DNA of 60,891 nt from Gaiellaceae bacterium (lineage in GTDB: Bacteria; Actinomycetota; Thermoleophilia; Gaiellales; Gaiellaceae): assembly GCA_036506555.1 (NCBI GenBank), contig DASXRO010000108.1, positions 1 through 60,891 of the forward strand, written 5' to 3'. Shown piece after piece: positions 26,551-35,100 of the stretch. A model generated the notes under the pieces. The model did no database searches. It saw only the letters and a list, made by a program, of their open reading frames with translations, and was not told the origin of the DNA. The position numbers were made by a program, and so were the translations under genes. Every line of letters starts with the position of its first letter. Position 1 is the first letter of the stretch.

Positions 26551-27773
26551 CAGAGGAGCTGGGGCTGGACGCCGAACACGCCGCCGATGCGCGCGCGGCG
26601 GAAGGCGTAGCGAAGGACGCCCGTGTGCCCCACGCGGAGTCGAAGGATGCCGGTGCTCGCGGTTGCGGCTGTGTTGGCGCCGAAGACGAAGTTGCCGAGG
26701 CTCCACTTGACGAGGCGGCGCGGCCGCGGCTGCTCGATCGGCTGTTGGACATGAGGATGCGCGCCGCCCACGATCGTCGCTCCGGCGTCCAGCGCCACCT
26801 GCGCGAGCGAGCGCTGGCGCGCCGTCGGACTGAACATGCGCTCGATTCCCCAGTGGAAATAGACAAGGACGATGTCCGCGCCTCGGGCTCGCTCCCTGCG
26901 CACATCCGGCGTGATGTACCAGGGAAAGGCCGGCGCGGTGCCGGACCAGGTGGGCCCCGCATCGAAGCCGGGCGGCCGCACGTCCGAGTAGCCGAGGAGC
27001 GCGATGCGCAGGCCACCCAGCCGGAAGATGGCTGCCCGGCGCGCCGCCGCGAGGTTGGCGCCGCCGCCGATCGTCTTCATCCCGTAGACATGCGCATAGC
27101 GGAGCGTGTCTGCGAACGCGAGGCGGCCATAGTCGAGCGCATGGTTGTTCGCGACGGTGACGACGTCCACTCCGGCGTAGCTGGCCATGGCTTGAAGTGA
27201 CGATGGCGAGCCGCGGAACGTGTACTCCTTTCCGGGGATGGGATAGCCCCGCGTCGAGACGGAGCACTCGAGGTTCACGACCGTGATGTCCGCCGAGCGC
27301 AGGACGGGTGCGACGGAGAGCCACGGATAGCGCACGCCGTGCACCGAGATCGCTCTTCCCACGCGGTCGCCGAGGTTGACGTCCCCCGCCGCCGCGAGCT
27401 GCAGCGCGCGGACGCGCACGGTGCCCAGCTGGATCCGCTCGATCGGATCGCGGGCCACCTCGACCGCGACGGGGTAGAGACCTGCCGCGAAGGGCGCCCG
27501 GATGCGAAGTCGAAACGTGCCGTCGGGCCCGGCCGTCGTCGCCCGCAGCTTCGGTCCGAAGAAGAGGGTCACGGTCTCGCCGGGACCCGCCGTGCCGCGA
27601 ATGGAAAGCAGCCCGGCCGGGGCCCGCCAGGTCGGGAGCGGCGAGGTGACCGTGAACGGCGCAGGCTCAGTCTGCGCATGCGGGCGAGCGGCCCCCCAGG
27701 TGAGGGCAACCGCGGCGCACGCGCCGAGGGCGAGCGCGAGCCCGGCCCGGCGGTGGCGGCGGATGCGGCGCAC
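26550..27773 (-). CDS. CapA-family (PGA_cap metallophosphatase-like) secreted protein with N-terminal Ig-like region
   Basis: Signal (LALALGACAAVALTWGAA), then GDVNLGDRV, VVNLECSVS, VVTVANNHALDYG, LVYFHWG and GGAHPH motifs of the CapA family. Confidence 0.75.
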   Translation of the reverse strand: MRRIRRHRRAGLALALGACAAVALTWGAARPHAQTEPAPFTVTSPLPTWRAPAGLLSIRGTAGPGETVTLFFGPKLRATTAGPDGTFRLRIRAPFAAGLYPVAVEVARDPIERIQLGTVRVRALQLAAAGDVNLGDRVGRAISVHGVRYPWLSVAPVLRSADITVVNLECSVSTRGYPIPGKEYTFRGSPSSLQAMASYAGVDVVTVANNHALDYGRLAFADTLRYAHVYGMKTIGGGANLAAARRAAIFRLGGLRIALLGYSDVRPPGFDAGPTWSGTAPAFPWYITPDVRRERARGADIVLVYFHWGIERMFSPTARQRSLAQVALDAGATIVGGAHPHVQQPIEQPRPRRLVKWSLGNFVFGANTAATASTGILRLRVGHTGVLRYAFRRARIGGVFGVQPQLL

Positions 27774-27858
27774 ATTCGGTTGGTACTCCCGCGCGGGGCG
27801 AAATCCTTTGCTTCACCACGCTGAATCTGCCAGATCGAGCCCTGGTAGCCTAGAGCTG

Positions 27859-28959
27859 ATGCCGGTTTCCAGGGACGCTGTGCTCACCGCGCTCGAGGCG
27901 GTCATCGACCCCGAGCTCGGGCGGTCCGTCGTCGAGCTCGACATGGTGAGAGACGTTCGGATCGAGGGCGGTGGCGTGGCGGTCACCATCGCGCTGACCG
28001 TGCCCGGATGCCCTCTGAGGGCGAGCTTCGAGGAGCAGGTCGAGCGGGCTCTGCGCCCGGTGGAGGGCGTCGAGACGATCGAGCTCGACTTCGACGTGCT
28101 CACCCCCGAAGAGCGTGCAGCGCTGACGACCAAGCTGCGCGGCGGCGTCGCCGAGCGGACGCCCGGCGTGTCGGTGGACGCGAAGACGCGGGTGATCGCG
28201 ATCGCAAGCGGGAAGGGCGGCGTCGGCAAGTCCTCGCTGACGGCGAATCTCGCTGCGGCGTTCTCGCGCCTGGGCCAGGCGACCGGTGTTCTCGACGCCG
28301 ATGTGTACGGCTATTCGATCCCGACGATGCTCGGAATCCACCAGCGGCCGATCGCCGTCGACAAGATGATCGTCCCGCCGGTACGCGACGACATGAAGGT
28401 GATGTCGATCGGCTTCTTCCTCGACGAGAACTCGCCCGTGATGTGGCGCGGCCCGATGCTGCACCGCGCTCTCGAGCAATTCCTCTCGGACGTGCACTGG
28501 GGCGAGCTCGACACGCTCGTCGTCGACATGCCGCCCGGAACGGGCGACGTCGCCATCTCGCTCGGCCAGCTCCTCCCGCGGGCCGAGGCGGTGGTCGTCA
28601 CCACTCCGCACCGGGCGGCGCAGCAGGTGGCCGTGCGCGCTGCGCAGATGGCCCGCAAGACGAACATGCGCCTGCTGGGCGTCGTCGAGAACATGGCGTT
28701 CCGGGCCGGCTCGGGCGAAGAGTTGTTCGGGTCGGGCGGCGGCGACGCGCTCGCAGAAGAAGTCGGCGTCCCGGTCCTCGGCCGCATTCCCTTCGATCCG
28801 AAGCTGGCCGCCTATGCGGACGCGGGGGAGCCGATCGTCTTCGCCGAACCCGAAGCCGAGGTCTCCCGTGCGATCGTAAGGCTTGCGGAGGAAATCGCCG
28901 CGACGAAGCGCGAGCAGGGCGTCGGCATCGTCAAGTCGCTCCCGCTCGTCTCCGCCTGA
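27859..28959 (+). CDS. apbC: Mrp/NBP35/ApbC-family Fe-S cluster carrier ATPase with N-terminal DUF59 (MIP18) domain
   Basis: N-terminus VLTALEAVIDPELGRSVVELDMV, deviant Walker A IAIASGKGGVGKSS, and the later DMPPGTGD motif. Start at the internal ATG 27859. Confidence 0.9.
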   Translation: MPVSRDAVLTALEAVIDPELGRSVVELDMVRDVRIEGGGVAVTIALTVPGCPLRASFEEQVERALRPVEGVETIELDFDVLTPEERAALTTKLRGGVAERTPGVSVDAKTRVIAIASGKGGVGKSSLTANLAAAFSRLGQATGVLDADVYGYSIPTMLGIHQRPIAVDKMIVPPVRDDMKVMSIGFFLDENSPVMWRGPMLHRALEQFLSDVHWGELDTLVVDMPPGTGDVAISLGQLLPRAEAVVVTTPHRAAQQVAVRAAQMARKTNMRLLGVVENMAFRAGSGEELFGSGGGDALAEEVGVPVLGRIPFDPKLAAYADAGEPIVFAEPEAEVSRAIVRLAEEIAATKREQGVGIVKSLPLVSA

Positions 28960-29684
28960 GCGCCCTCGAGGAAATCGGGGCGCTCGGCTTCTCCGAGGCC
29001 GATGCGCGCGTCCTCGCCGACCACTTCGAGGAGGCCGACCGCCGAGGCCGGCCAGGGCACGGCATCGCCCGCATCGCGTGGCTCGGGTCATTGTCGGATC
29101 TCGATCCCGGGGCAACGCCTCTTCGTGTCTTCTCCGAGCTCGGCTATGAGCACTGGGACGGAAACGGCGCCGTTGGCTACCTCACACTTGCCCGCATCGT
29201 CGAGGCTCAGCTCCGCGAGCCGCCCGATCACGCGCGGGTCGTGGTCGCATCCCATTGCTTTCCGACCGGCTTCCTCGGCTACTGGGTCCGCCGTCTGGCC
29301 GAGGGGGGCCTCGTGTGCGCCTTGACGGCAACCTCGCCGGCACGCCTGCCGCATCCGGACGGCGGGCCACCTGTAGCGGGAACGAACCCGCTCGCGATCG
29401 GCGTGCCGAGCTCCGACGGCAGCCCGCTCGTCTCCGACGTCTCCATGGGCCGGGTGACGCACGGCGACGTCCTTCGCGGGGAGGCGTCGGCGGAAGACCT
29501 CGTCCCATTCGGCGGCGAGCACGCGCACAAGGCGTTCGCGCTCGCCGTCGGCCTCGGGACGCTCGTCGAGGCGCTCGCGGGGACGGACTACGGCGCCGTC
29601 CTGCTCGTGGCGCGCCCCGAGGCGGATCCGGTGCCCGGGCTGCGCGCGCGGGCCGGGGGTGTCCGGCTTCCGGGCGACCGCTAG
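28956..29684 (+). CDS. Ldh_2 (malate/L-lactate/sulfolactate dehydrogenase type 2) family protein, short form; start codon uncertain
   Basis: LSALEEIGALGFSEADARVLADHFEEADRRGRPGHGIARI... resembles an Ldh_2 N-terminus. There is no ATG or GTG in frame between the Mrp stop and codon MGRV far downstream. CTG at 28956 was taken provisionally. Confidence 0.45.
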   Translation: MSALEEIGALGFSEADARVLADHFEEADRRGRPGHGIARIAWLGSLSDLDPGATPLRVFSELGYEHWDGNGAVGYLTLARIVEAQLREPPDHARVVVASHCFPTGFLGYWVRRLAEGGLVCALTATSPARLPHPDGGPPVAGTNPLAIGVPSSDGSPLVSDVSMGRVTHGDVLRGEASAEDLVPFGGEHAHKAFALAVGLGTLVEALAGTDYGAVLLVARPEADPVPGLRARAGGVRLPGDR

Positions 29685-29687
29685 CTG

Positions 29688-30527
29688 TCAGCGCTTGCGG
29701 AGCTCCTCGAGCACGACAGGGTCGATCCGATCGATGCCGTCGACCCGCTCCTCGAGGTTCTCGGTCCCCGCCCAGGCCTCGAAAGCTTCCGGAAGCGGCT
29801 TGGCGTCGTAGCCGAGCCGGTCGAGTCGTTCCCGCACTTCGGCCGCCAACTGCTCGTCGACCTCGAGCCACTCCTCTCGGGACGTCTGGCCGAAGAGAAG
29901 GTCGTGCATGCGGTAGATCCGCTCGAGCTCCTCGATGGGGCGCTCGTGGTCGTCGACGCGCAGGTCGGCGACCGCATCGCTCGTCCCGCCGTAACCGCCG
30001 TTCCTCCGGACGACGAGCAGCGCAGCCGACTGCTGGCGGCGCCGGTCGCCTCCCGCCGCCTGCGCTGCTGCGAGCGCTTCGAGCAGGCGAACCGCGAGCG
30101 GCCGGCCGGCCGTCTCCTCGAACGTGCTCGCCAGCGCGGTGACGGTCTCCTCGGAGACGAGGATGTTCCCCTGGGCTGCGTACCCCTCGCCGACGAGTCC
30201 GCCCGCCCACTCCATACAGGCCGACCCGGTATAGGACGCTGCATGACCCGCAGCGTCCACGACGCCCAGCTGGCGGTGGTCCCGACCCTCGTCCGCCTCG
30301 GTGAGCCGGGCGACCACCTCGTCGGCCGGGAGACCCTCCCGCAGCAGAGACAGGCCGTCCGGCCCATAGCGCATGTTCGCGAGGGCCTGCGTGGCGACTG
30401 CGCCCACCTCCGGCTCCGCGGCCGGGACCCCCGCGCCCACGGCGAGGAACTTCGACTGCACCGCCACGCCCCACTCGCGCACCTCCGGGTCGCACGCGAC
30501 GATCGAGTACGTGGAGGGCCTAGCCAT
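29688..30527 (-). CDS. DUF1028 (Ntn-hydrolase fold) protein with C-terminal peptidoglycan-binding-like domain
   Basis: The N-terminus STYSIVACDPEVREWGVAVQSKFLAVGAGVP...ATQA is typical of DUF1028. The C-terminal about 70 aa are helical (WLEVDEQLAAEVRERLDRLGY). Confidence 0.8.
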   Translation of the reverse strand: MARPSTYSIVACDPEVREWGVAVQSKFLAVGAGVPAAEPEVGAVATQALANMRYGPDGLSLLREGLPADEVVARLTEADEGRDHRQLGVVDAAGHAASYTGSACMEWAGGLVGEGYAAQGNILVSEETVTALASTFEETAGRPLAVRLLEALAAAQAAGGDRRRQQSAALLVVRRNGGYGGTSDAVADLRVDDHERPIEELERIYRMHDLLFGQTSREEWLEVDEQLAAEVRERLDRLGYDAKPLPEAFEAWAGTENLEERVDGIDRIDPVVLEELRKR

Positions 30528-30801
30528 ACTTCAGCTTGCGAAAGTCGAGCTCGAGGAGGTCGCGCTTGCCGGGAGGCACGAGCACGCACGCGACCTCGGG
30601 CCGCTCGAGCGCAGCCTGAACGGCCTGGGCGCTGGCCGCGCGAACGACCACCGGAACTCCCTGCGCGTGCGCCTCGCGCAGCCTCGCGACGTCTGCGACG
30701 TCGTCGAGGACCAGCGCATCGCCGGGAGGAAGCTCGATGTCGCCTTCGACCGCGACCTCAGGCACCTGGGCGCCGGTCGCTCCGAACCAGCGCTTCCTCA
30801 C
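30520..30801 (-). CDS. hypothetical protein (93 aa)
   Basis: The GTG start overlaps the stop of the upstream hydrolase gene (GTGA), and its 3' end overlaps the DUF1028 start by 8 nt. Only the C-terminal about 93 codons of ORF 30520..31050 have non-shadow composition. Confidence 0.4.
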   Translation of the reverse strand: MRKRWFGATGAQVPEVAVEGDIELPPGDALVLDDVADVARLREAHAQGVPVVVRAASAQAVQAALERPEVACVLVPPGKRDLLELDFRKLKYG

Positions 30802-31478
30802 AACTGGACGGTCTCGCCCGGCTCGGGGGCGATCACCTCGACGCCCGCCGCGAGCTTGCGGAGCTCGTCGGGAGTTCCGGTCAGGAGCGGGAAGGTCCCG
30901 TAATGACACGGCACGCAGCGCTTGACTCCCAGGAGCTCGAGTGCCACCGCCGCCTCGCGCGGGCCCATCGTGTAGTGGTCGCCGATCGGAAGGATGGCGA
31001 CGTCGGGCTCGTAGATCCTCCTGATCAGCTGCATGTCGCCGAAGACGCACGTGTCCCCAGCGTGGTAGACGCGAGTGCCGTCGAGCTCGATGACGAAGCC
31101 GGTCGGCTCGCCCGCATAGGTGCCGTCGGAGGTCGAGCTGGAATGGCGCGCGTCGGTCATCGTCACGCGGACGCCGTCGATGTCCACGGTGCCGCCCTTG
31201 TTGAACCCCTCGGCCTCCACGCCCTGTGAGCCCAGCCAGCCGGCGAGCTCGACCATGCAGACCACTGTCGGCGAGTGCTGCTTGTAGAGGTCGACGGCGC
31301 TGCCGGCGTGGTCGGAGTGGCCGTGCGTCAGCGCGAGAACATCGATCCGCTCGATCTCCCTCTCGCTTTCGGGGAACTTCGGGTTGTCGAGCCAGGGATC
31401 TATGTAGACGCGCTTGCCGCTCGATCCGTCGAGGCGAAAGCCGGCGTGACCGAGCCAGGTGAGAGAGACGTTGGCCGT
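30798..31478 (-). CDS. UPF0173-type metal-dependent hydrolase (MBL fold); no canonical start codon found
   Basis: My own translation upstream of the tracked ORF gives ...TANVSLTWLGHAGFRLDGSSGKRVYIDPWLDNPKFPESEREIERIDVLALTHGHSDHAGSAVDLYKQHSPTVVCMVELAG.... This is the conserved N-terminus with the HxHxDH motif. The in-frame stop lies at 31531-31533. No ATG, GTG, TTG or CTG occurs before GTG 31271 and ATG 31265; ACG sits at the expected start (31478). Confidence 0.65.
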   Translation of the reverse strand, partial: TANVSLTWLGHAGFRLDGSSGKRVYIDPWLDNPKFPESEREIERIDVLALTHGHSDHAGSAVDLYKQHSPTVVCMVELAGWLGSQGVEAEGFNKGGTVDIDGVRVTMTDARHSSSTSDGTYAGEPTGFVIELDGTRVYHAGDTCVFGDMQLIRRIYEPDVAILPIGDHYTMGPREAAVALELLGVKRCVPCHYGTFPLLTGTPDELRKLAAGVEVIAPEPGETVQL

Positions 31479-31559
31479 GGCGTGGAGCCTAACGAAGGAC
31501 TGTCCGACGTTGCGGCAAACCTATGGCCCATGTGGCAGACCTGTACGGGGGCGTCGGCC

Positions 31560-32117
31560 ATGGCGGTCGAGGTCGCAGCGGCGCTGCTCCTGGCGACCGC
31601 CGCCTCGGACGCGCTCGGCTTCGCGGGCGCGTCGTTCTACCTGCTGGTCGCGGGCGTGCCCGTGACGGCGGCAGCCGGCCTCATCTGTTTCGCGCGCGCC
31701 GTCGACGCCGTGGAGGGCGGGCGCATGGATTCTCTCGGACGGTTGCAGGCCTCCCTGTCGGCGCTTCTTGTCGGCGCGATCGTCGTCGGCGCCGCGATCC
31801 GCGAACCGGCGATCGGGACCGACCGGGTGCCCAGGGAAGCGACGGCTGTCCTAGCGTTCGGGTTCGCGCTGCTCGTCCTCCAGGCGCTGATCGCCCTCCT
31901 TCCCGTGGGGCGCGAGCGACCTGAGGACATAGGCGCGCACCGGATCCCGCTTGCCTTTGACCATGAGCGGCTCGAGCTCCTCGACGCCGGCAGGGAAGCC
32001 GAGCGCGGCGTAGCTGGCTTCGCCGATCACGACCTCGCCCGCGCGCGCCTGTCCTTCGAGCCGCGCCGCGACGTTGACCGCGTCGCCGGTGACGGTAAAA
32101 TCGCGCCCGCCTCGTAG
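31560..32117 (+). CDS. possible small integral membrane protein (about 4 TM); 3' extent doubtful
   Basis: MAVEVAAALLLATAASDALGFAGASFYLLVAGVPVTAAAGLICF...LSALLVGAIVVGAAI...AVLAFGFALLVLQALIALLPVG is plausibly membrane-spanning. The frame has no stop until 32117, so it overlaps the convergent cyclase gene by 267 nt. An alternative ATG lies at 31530. Confidence 0.3.
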   Translation: MAVEVAAALLLATAASDALGFAGASFYLLVAGVPVTAAAGLICFARAVDAVEGGRMDSLGRLQASLSALLVGAIVVGAAIREPAIGTDRVPREATAVLAFGFALLVLQALIALLPVGRERPEDIGAHRIPLAFDHERLELLDAGREAERGVAGFADHDLARARLSFEPRRDVDRVAGDGKIAPAS

Positions 32118-33206
32118 CTCGACGACCCCGAGCAGCACCTCACCCGAGTTGACGCCCACGCGGAAGCGCGGCCAGCCGGGATGAGCGTCGGCTAGTCCGC
32201 TCGCCGCGTCCTGGAAGTCAAGGCCCACCCGGGCGGCGCGCACCGCGTGGTCGGGGCCGCGGAAGACCACCATGAGCGCGTCGCCGATCGTCTTGTCCAC
32301 CTGGCCGCCGTGGCGCTCGACGATCGGGGCGGCGGCGGCGAAGTACTCGTCGAGCATGGCCTTGACTTCTTCATGAGGCGTGCGCTCGGAGTAGGACGTG
32401 AAGCCCTGGAGGTCGGCGAAGAGGATGGTCACGTCTTCGCGGTGGCTGCGGGTGCGCTCCGCGTAGAGGTCGCTGAAGATCTCGGCGGTCGATCCCTCCG
32501 CCTGCCATTCCTGCCAGGCGCTTCGCGCGACGAGCCCGAAGGCGACGAGCATGAGGAGGTGCCATTCCCACCAGGTCGCGTGCCAGTTCCGGCCCAGTCC
32601 GATCGCCAGCATCCCCTCCGCGAGGAGCACGAAGGCGGCGACGGCGGCGAGTAGGAGCGGCCTGCTGCGCCGGCGATAGAGGCGAAGGTAGCCGAGCGCC
32701 GCGAGGCCGTAGAAGACTGCACCGGCGGCGAAGATGCCGAGGAGAAGCGGTCCGGGGTCGTCGATCGGCTCGTCGAGGGGAGGAAGGGTCGCGAGGGAGA
32801 CGGCCGCCCAGAGCGCCATCACCGCGGCAAGTGCTCCGTAGATGACGCGGCGGCGGCCGAGCAGCGAGGGTCCGTCTACCTCGACGGCCGACCAGGCCGC
32901 GATCGGGGAGGCAATGAGCAGCCCGACGGCCGCGGCGACCTGGAAGCCGGCGTTCTTGCCGGCCAGGAGGACGCCCGGCGTGGCGAGCGCGTGGAGCCCG
33001 AGGAAGCCAGACGCCGCGACGAAGGCGGCGGAGAGGCGGAGGACGCGGGCATCCCGACGCCGCGCGGCGGCCTCACCGGTCAGGAACGCGAGCGCGCCCG
33101 TGAAGAGCCCCGTGGCGAGCACGAGCCAGAAGTGCGCAGGCTGGTTCTCCCAGTGGACGTCCAGTTGGGGCCAGGCAAGCAGGAGCGTGAGCCCGGCGAC
33201 GGGCAC
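31851..33206 (-). CDS. membrane-bound class III adenylate/guanylate cyclase (multi-TM N-terminal domain plus CYCc domain)
   Basis: About 6-8 hydrophobic segments, then VTILFADLQGFTSYSE...DKTIGDALMVVF...FRVGVNSGEVLLG...FTVTGDAVNVAARLE. The GTG start at 33206 was chosen as the first start codon after the upstream stop. The longer tracked ORF extension is Arg-rich shadow. Confidence 0.8.
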   Translation of the reverse strand: MPVAGLTLLLAWPQLDVHWENQPAHFWLVLATGLFTGALAFLTGEAAARRRDARVLRLSAAFVAASGFLGLHALATPGVLLAGKNAGFQVAAAVGLLIASPIAAWSAVEVDGPSLLGRRRVIYGALAAVMALWAAVSLATLPPLDEPIDDPGPLLLGIFAAGAVFYGLAALGYLRLYRRRSRPLLLAAVAAFVLLAEGMLAIGLGRNWHATWWEWHLLMLVAFGLVARSAWQEWQAEGSTAEIFSDLYAERTRSHREDVTILFADLQGFTSYSERTPHEEVKAMLDEYFAAAAPIVERHGGQVDKTIGDALMVVFRGPDHAVRAARVGLDFQDAASGLADAHPGWPRFRVGVNSGEVLLGVVELRGGRDFTVTGDAVNVAARLEGQARAGEVVIGEASYAALGFPAGVEELEPLMVKGKRDPVRAYVLRSLAPHGKEGDQRLEDEQREPER

Positions 33207-33217
33207 GACGAGCAGGG

Positions 33218-34684
33218 TCAGACCAGCGACTGCAGCTCGCGTACGTACTCCTCTCCTTGGAAGTCGTTCAGATGGTGAGGCGGCAGGAGGTGCTCCGTCA
33301 CGTCCCTGTCGCGCTCGACATAGACGGCCGGATAGATGTCGCCTTCTGCGTTCATCTCGACCGCGATCGCGCTCGAGCCCTTGCCGGGGTGATCGAGCCA
33401 GTCGGCGAGCGGCAGGACGTCGGTCTCGCCGTCGGCGTCGACGACGCGGGCGAGGTAGGACTTCTGCGTCCAGAGCTCGGGCGCGTGTGCGGCCTCGCGC
33501 AGCAGGAACGCCACGAGGTCCTTCGGCTCCACGCGGGCCCGGGCCGCTGCGCTGTCGAGATGCGTCGCGGCCAGGTGCCTGGCCATGACGCGGGCGTTGT
33601 AGCGGAACCCGTGCACGGCCGCCGACGAGCCGCCGACGCCGTGCTTCCTCAGGCCGGCCGCTCCCTGAGTGGCGTTGCCGGCGAAGTAGATCCCCGACCC
33701 CGCCTCGGTCTCCCAGTACGGAGTCAGGGCCGGGATGCGACCCTGGGCGACGGTGCGCACGCCGAGCTCGCCGAGGTCTTGCAGGGGGGTCGAGAAGCCC
33801 GTGGCGGCGATGACCTCGTCGACGGTGAGATCGAGAGGGCCCTCTCGGGTCGTCCCGGCGCCCGCGACACGGAAGCCCTCCCCGCTGCGCTCGATCCGCT
33901 CGAGCGCAACGTCGAGCGCGAAGGTCCCGCCGCCGAGCCCGGCGTCCTCGAAGGGCTGCAGGTAACGGATCCGCACGGAGGAAAGCGCGATGACGGAAGT
34001 GTCCACCGGTCGCGGCGAGCCGAGGAAGATCTGCCGTGCCCACGGGAGGAGACCGTCGGCGAGCTCGAAGCCCGAGTTGCGCTTCCCGATCACGAACACG
34101 CGCTTGCCTTGGTACTCGCGGGCTTGGCGCGCTTCCGCGTAGTGAGGCACCGCCTCGATTCCCGCGATGGGCGACTTCCAGGGCTCGGTGACGCCGAGCG
34201 CGAACACCGCGGCGCGGCAGCGGTACTCGCCGTCGGAGGTCGTGAGCACCAGCGCGCCGTCCTCCTCGCGGCGGGTCGACTCCCACGTGCATCCGTACCG
34301 AACGTGAACGCCCGCGCTCTCGGCGAAGGCGGCGAGCCCCTGCTCCATCTCGGGCCGCGACGGAACCATGAAGGAGCGGTCCATGAAGGGCAGGATGGCC
34401 GCCTGGTGCCCCGGCTCTTCACCCACGAGGCTGTTGTGGTCGTACCACTCGTATTCGCGCGTTCCGGGCTCGAACGGCGCATCGGGCTTCGTCCAGGAGA
34501 GGAGCCGCTGGTAGATCGGGAAGAGGCGGAACATGCCGCCGGGCACCTCGTCGCGGGAGATGACCGCGTGCTCGACGCCGAGCCGGGAGAGGCAGTAGCT
34601 CGCCTGCAACCCGCCGGGGCCGCTCCCGACGACGACCACTGGGTATTCGCCCGGCGGGAAGGGGCGGTCCGCTAGCTTCTCCAC
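33218..34684 (-). CDS. FAD/NAD(P)-binding oxidoreductase (flavin monooxygenase-like, Pyr_redox_3-type)
   Basis: N-terminal dinucleotide motif VVVVGSGPGGLQASYCL, a second GKRVFVIGKRNSGFELA motif, and ATGF near the C-terminal part; 488 aa. Confidence 0.75.
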   Translation of the reverse strand: MEKLADRPFPPGEYPVVVVGSGPGGLQASYCLSRLGVEHAVISRDEVPGGMFRLFPIYQRLLSWTKPDAPFEPGTREYEWYDHNSLVGEEPGHQAAILPFMDRSFMVPSRPEMEQGLAAFAESAGVHVRYGCTWESTRREEDGALVLTTSDGEYRCRAAVFALGVTEPWKSPIAGIEAVPHYAEARQAREYQGKRVFVIGKRNSGFELADGLLPWARQIFLGSPRPVDTSVIALSSVRIRYLQPFEDAGLGGGTFALDVALERIERSGEGFRVAGAGTTREGPLDLTVDEVIAATGFSTPLQDLGELGVRTVAQGRIPALTPYWETEAGSGIYFAGNATQGAAGLRKHGVGGSSAAVHGFRYNARVMARHLAATHLDSAAARARVEPKDLVAFLLREAAHAPELWTQKSYLARVVDADGETDVLPLADWLDHPGKGSSAIAVEMNAEGDIYPAVYVERDRDVTEHLLPPHHLNDFQGEEYVRELQSLV

Positions 34685-35088
34685 TCGAGGGCTTCCTGCA
34701 GCCGCCGCGCCTCGGTCTGGAGCATGCGGAGCATGACGCGCGGATAGTCCAGGAGGAAGGCTTCGAGCTTCGGGCCCGGGATCTCGAGGCAGTGGAGCGG
34801 CCCTGCGGCGACGACGTCCGCGGTCGGGTCGGCGCCGAGGAGCGTCGAGACCTCCCCGAAGAAATCTCCGGCGCGCAGGCGGTTGAGCTCCTCACCGCCG
34901 ATCTGCACGCTCGCCTCGCCCTCGAGCACGACGTAGAAGCCGCCGCCGCTCATTCCGTGCCGGAGCACCCGCTCGCCGTCGGAGAACCAGCGCTCCCAGT
35001 CCGGGTCGGCGATCGCCTCGAGTTGGGGCCGGCCCAGGTCGGCGAACAGGTTGAAGCGGCTCAGGCTTTCTGCCAGATCCTCGGCCAT
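34672..35088 (-). CDS. stand-alone cyclic nucleotide-binding domain protein (138 aa)
   Basis: cNMP-binding signature (GDFFGEVSTLLG...AD..A) within a beta-roll-like sequence. Overlaps the downstream flavoprotein start by 13 nt. Confidence 0.8.
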   Translation of the reverse strand: MAEDLAESLSRFNLFADLGRPQLEAIADPDWERWFSDGERVLRHGMSGGGFYVVLEGEASVQIGGEELNRLRAGDFFGEVSTLLGADPTADVVAAGPLHCLEIPGPKLEAFLLDYPRVMLRMLQTEARRLQEALEWRS

Positions 35089-35100
35089 CGCGCGCGCAGC

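Noticed and set aside
31275-31559. 5' part of plus-strand ORF 31275..32117 as coding sequence.
   Set aside because: It is antisense to the conserved N-terminus of the MBL-fold hydrolase. Only the hydrophobic part from about 31530/31560 onward looks like a possible real membrane protein, and even that is low confidence.
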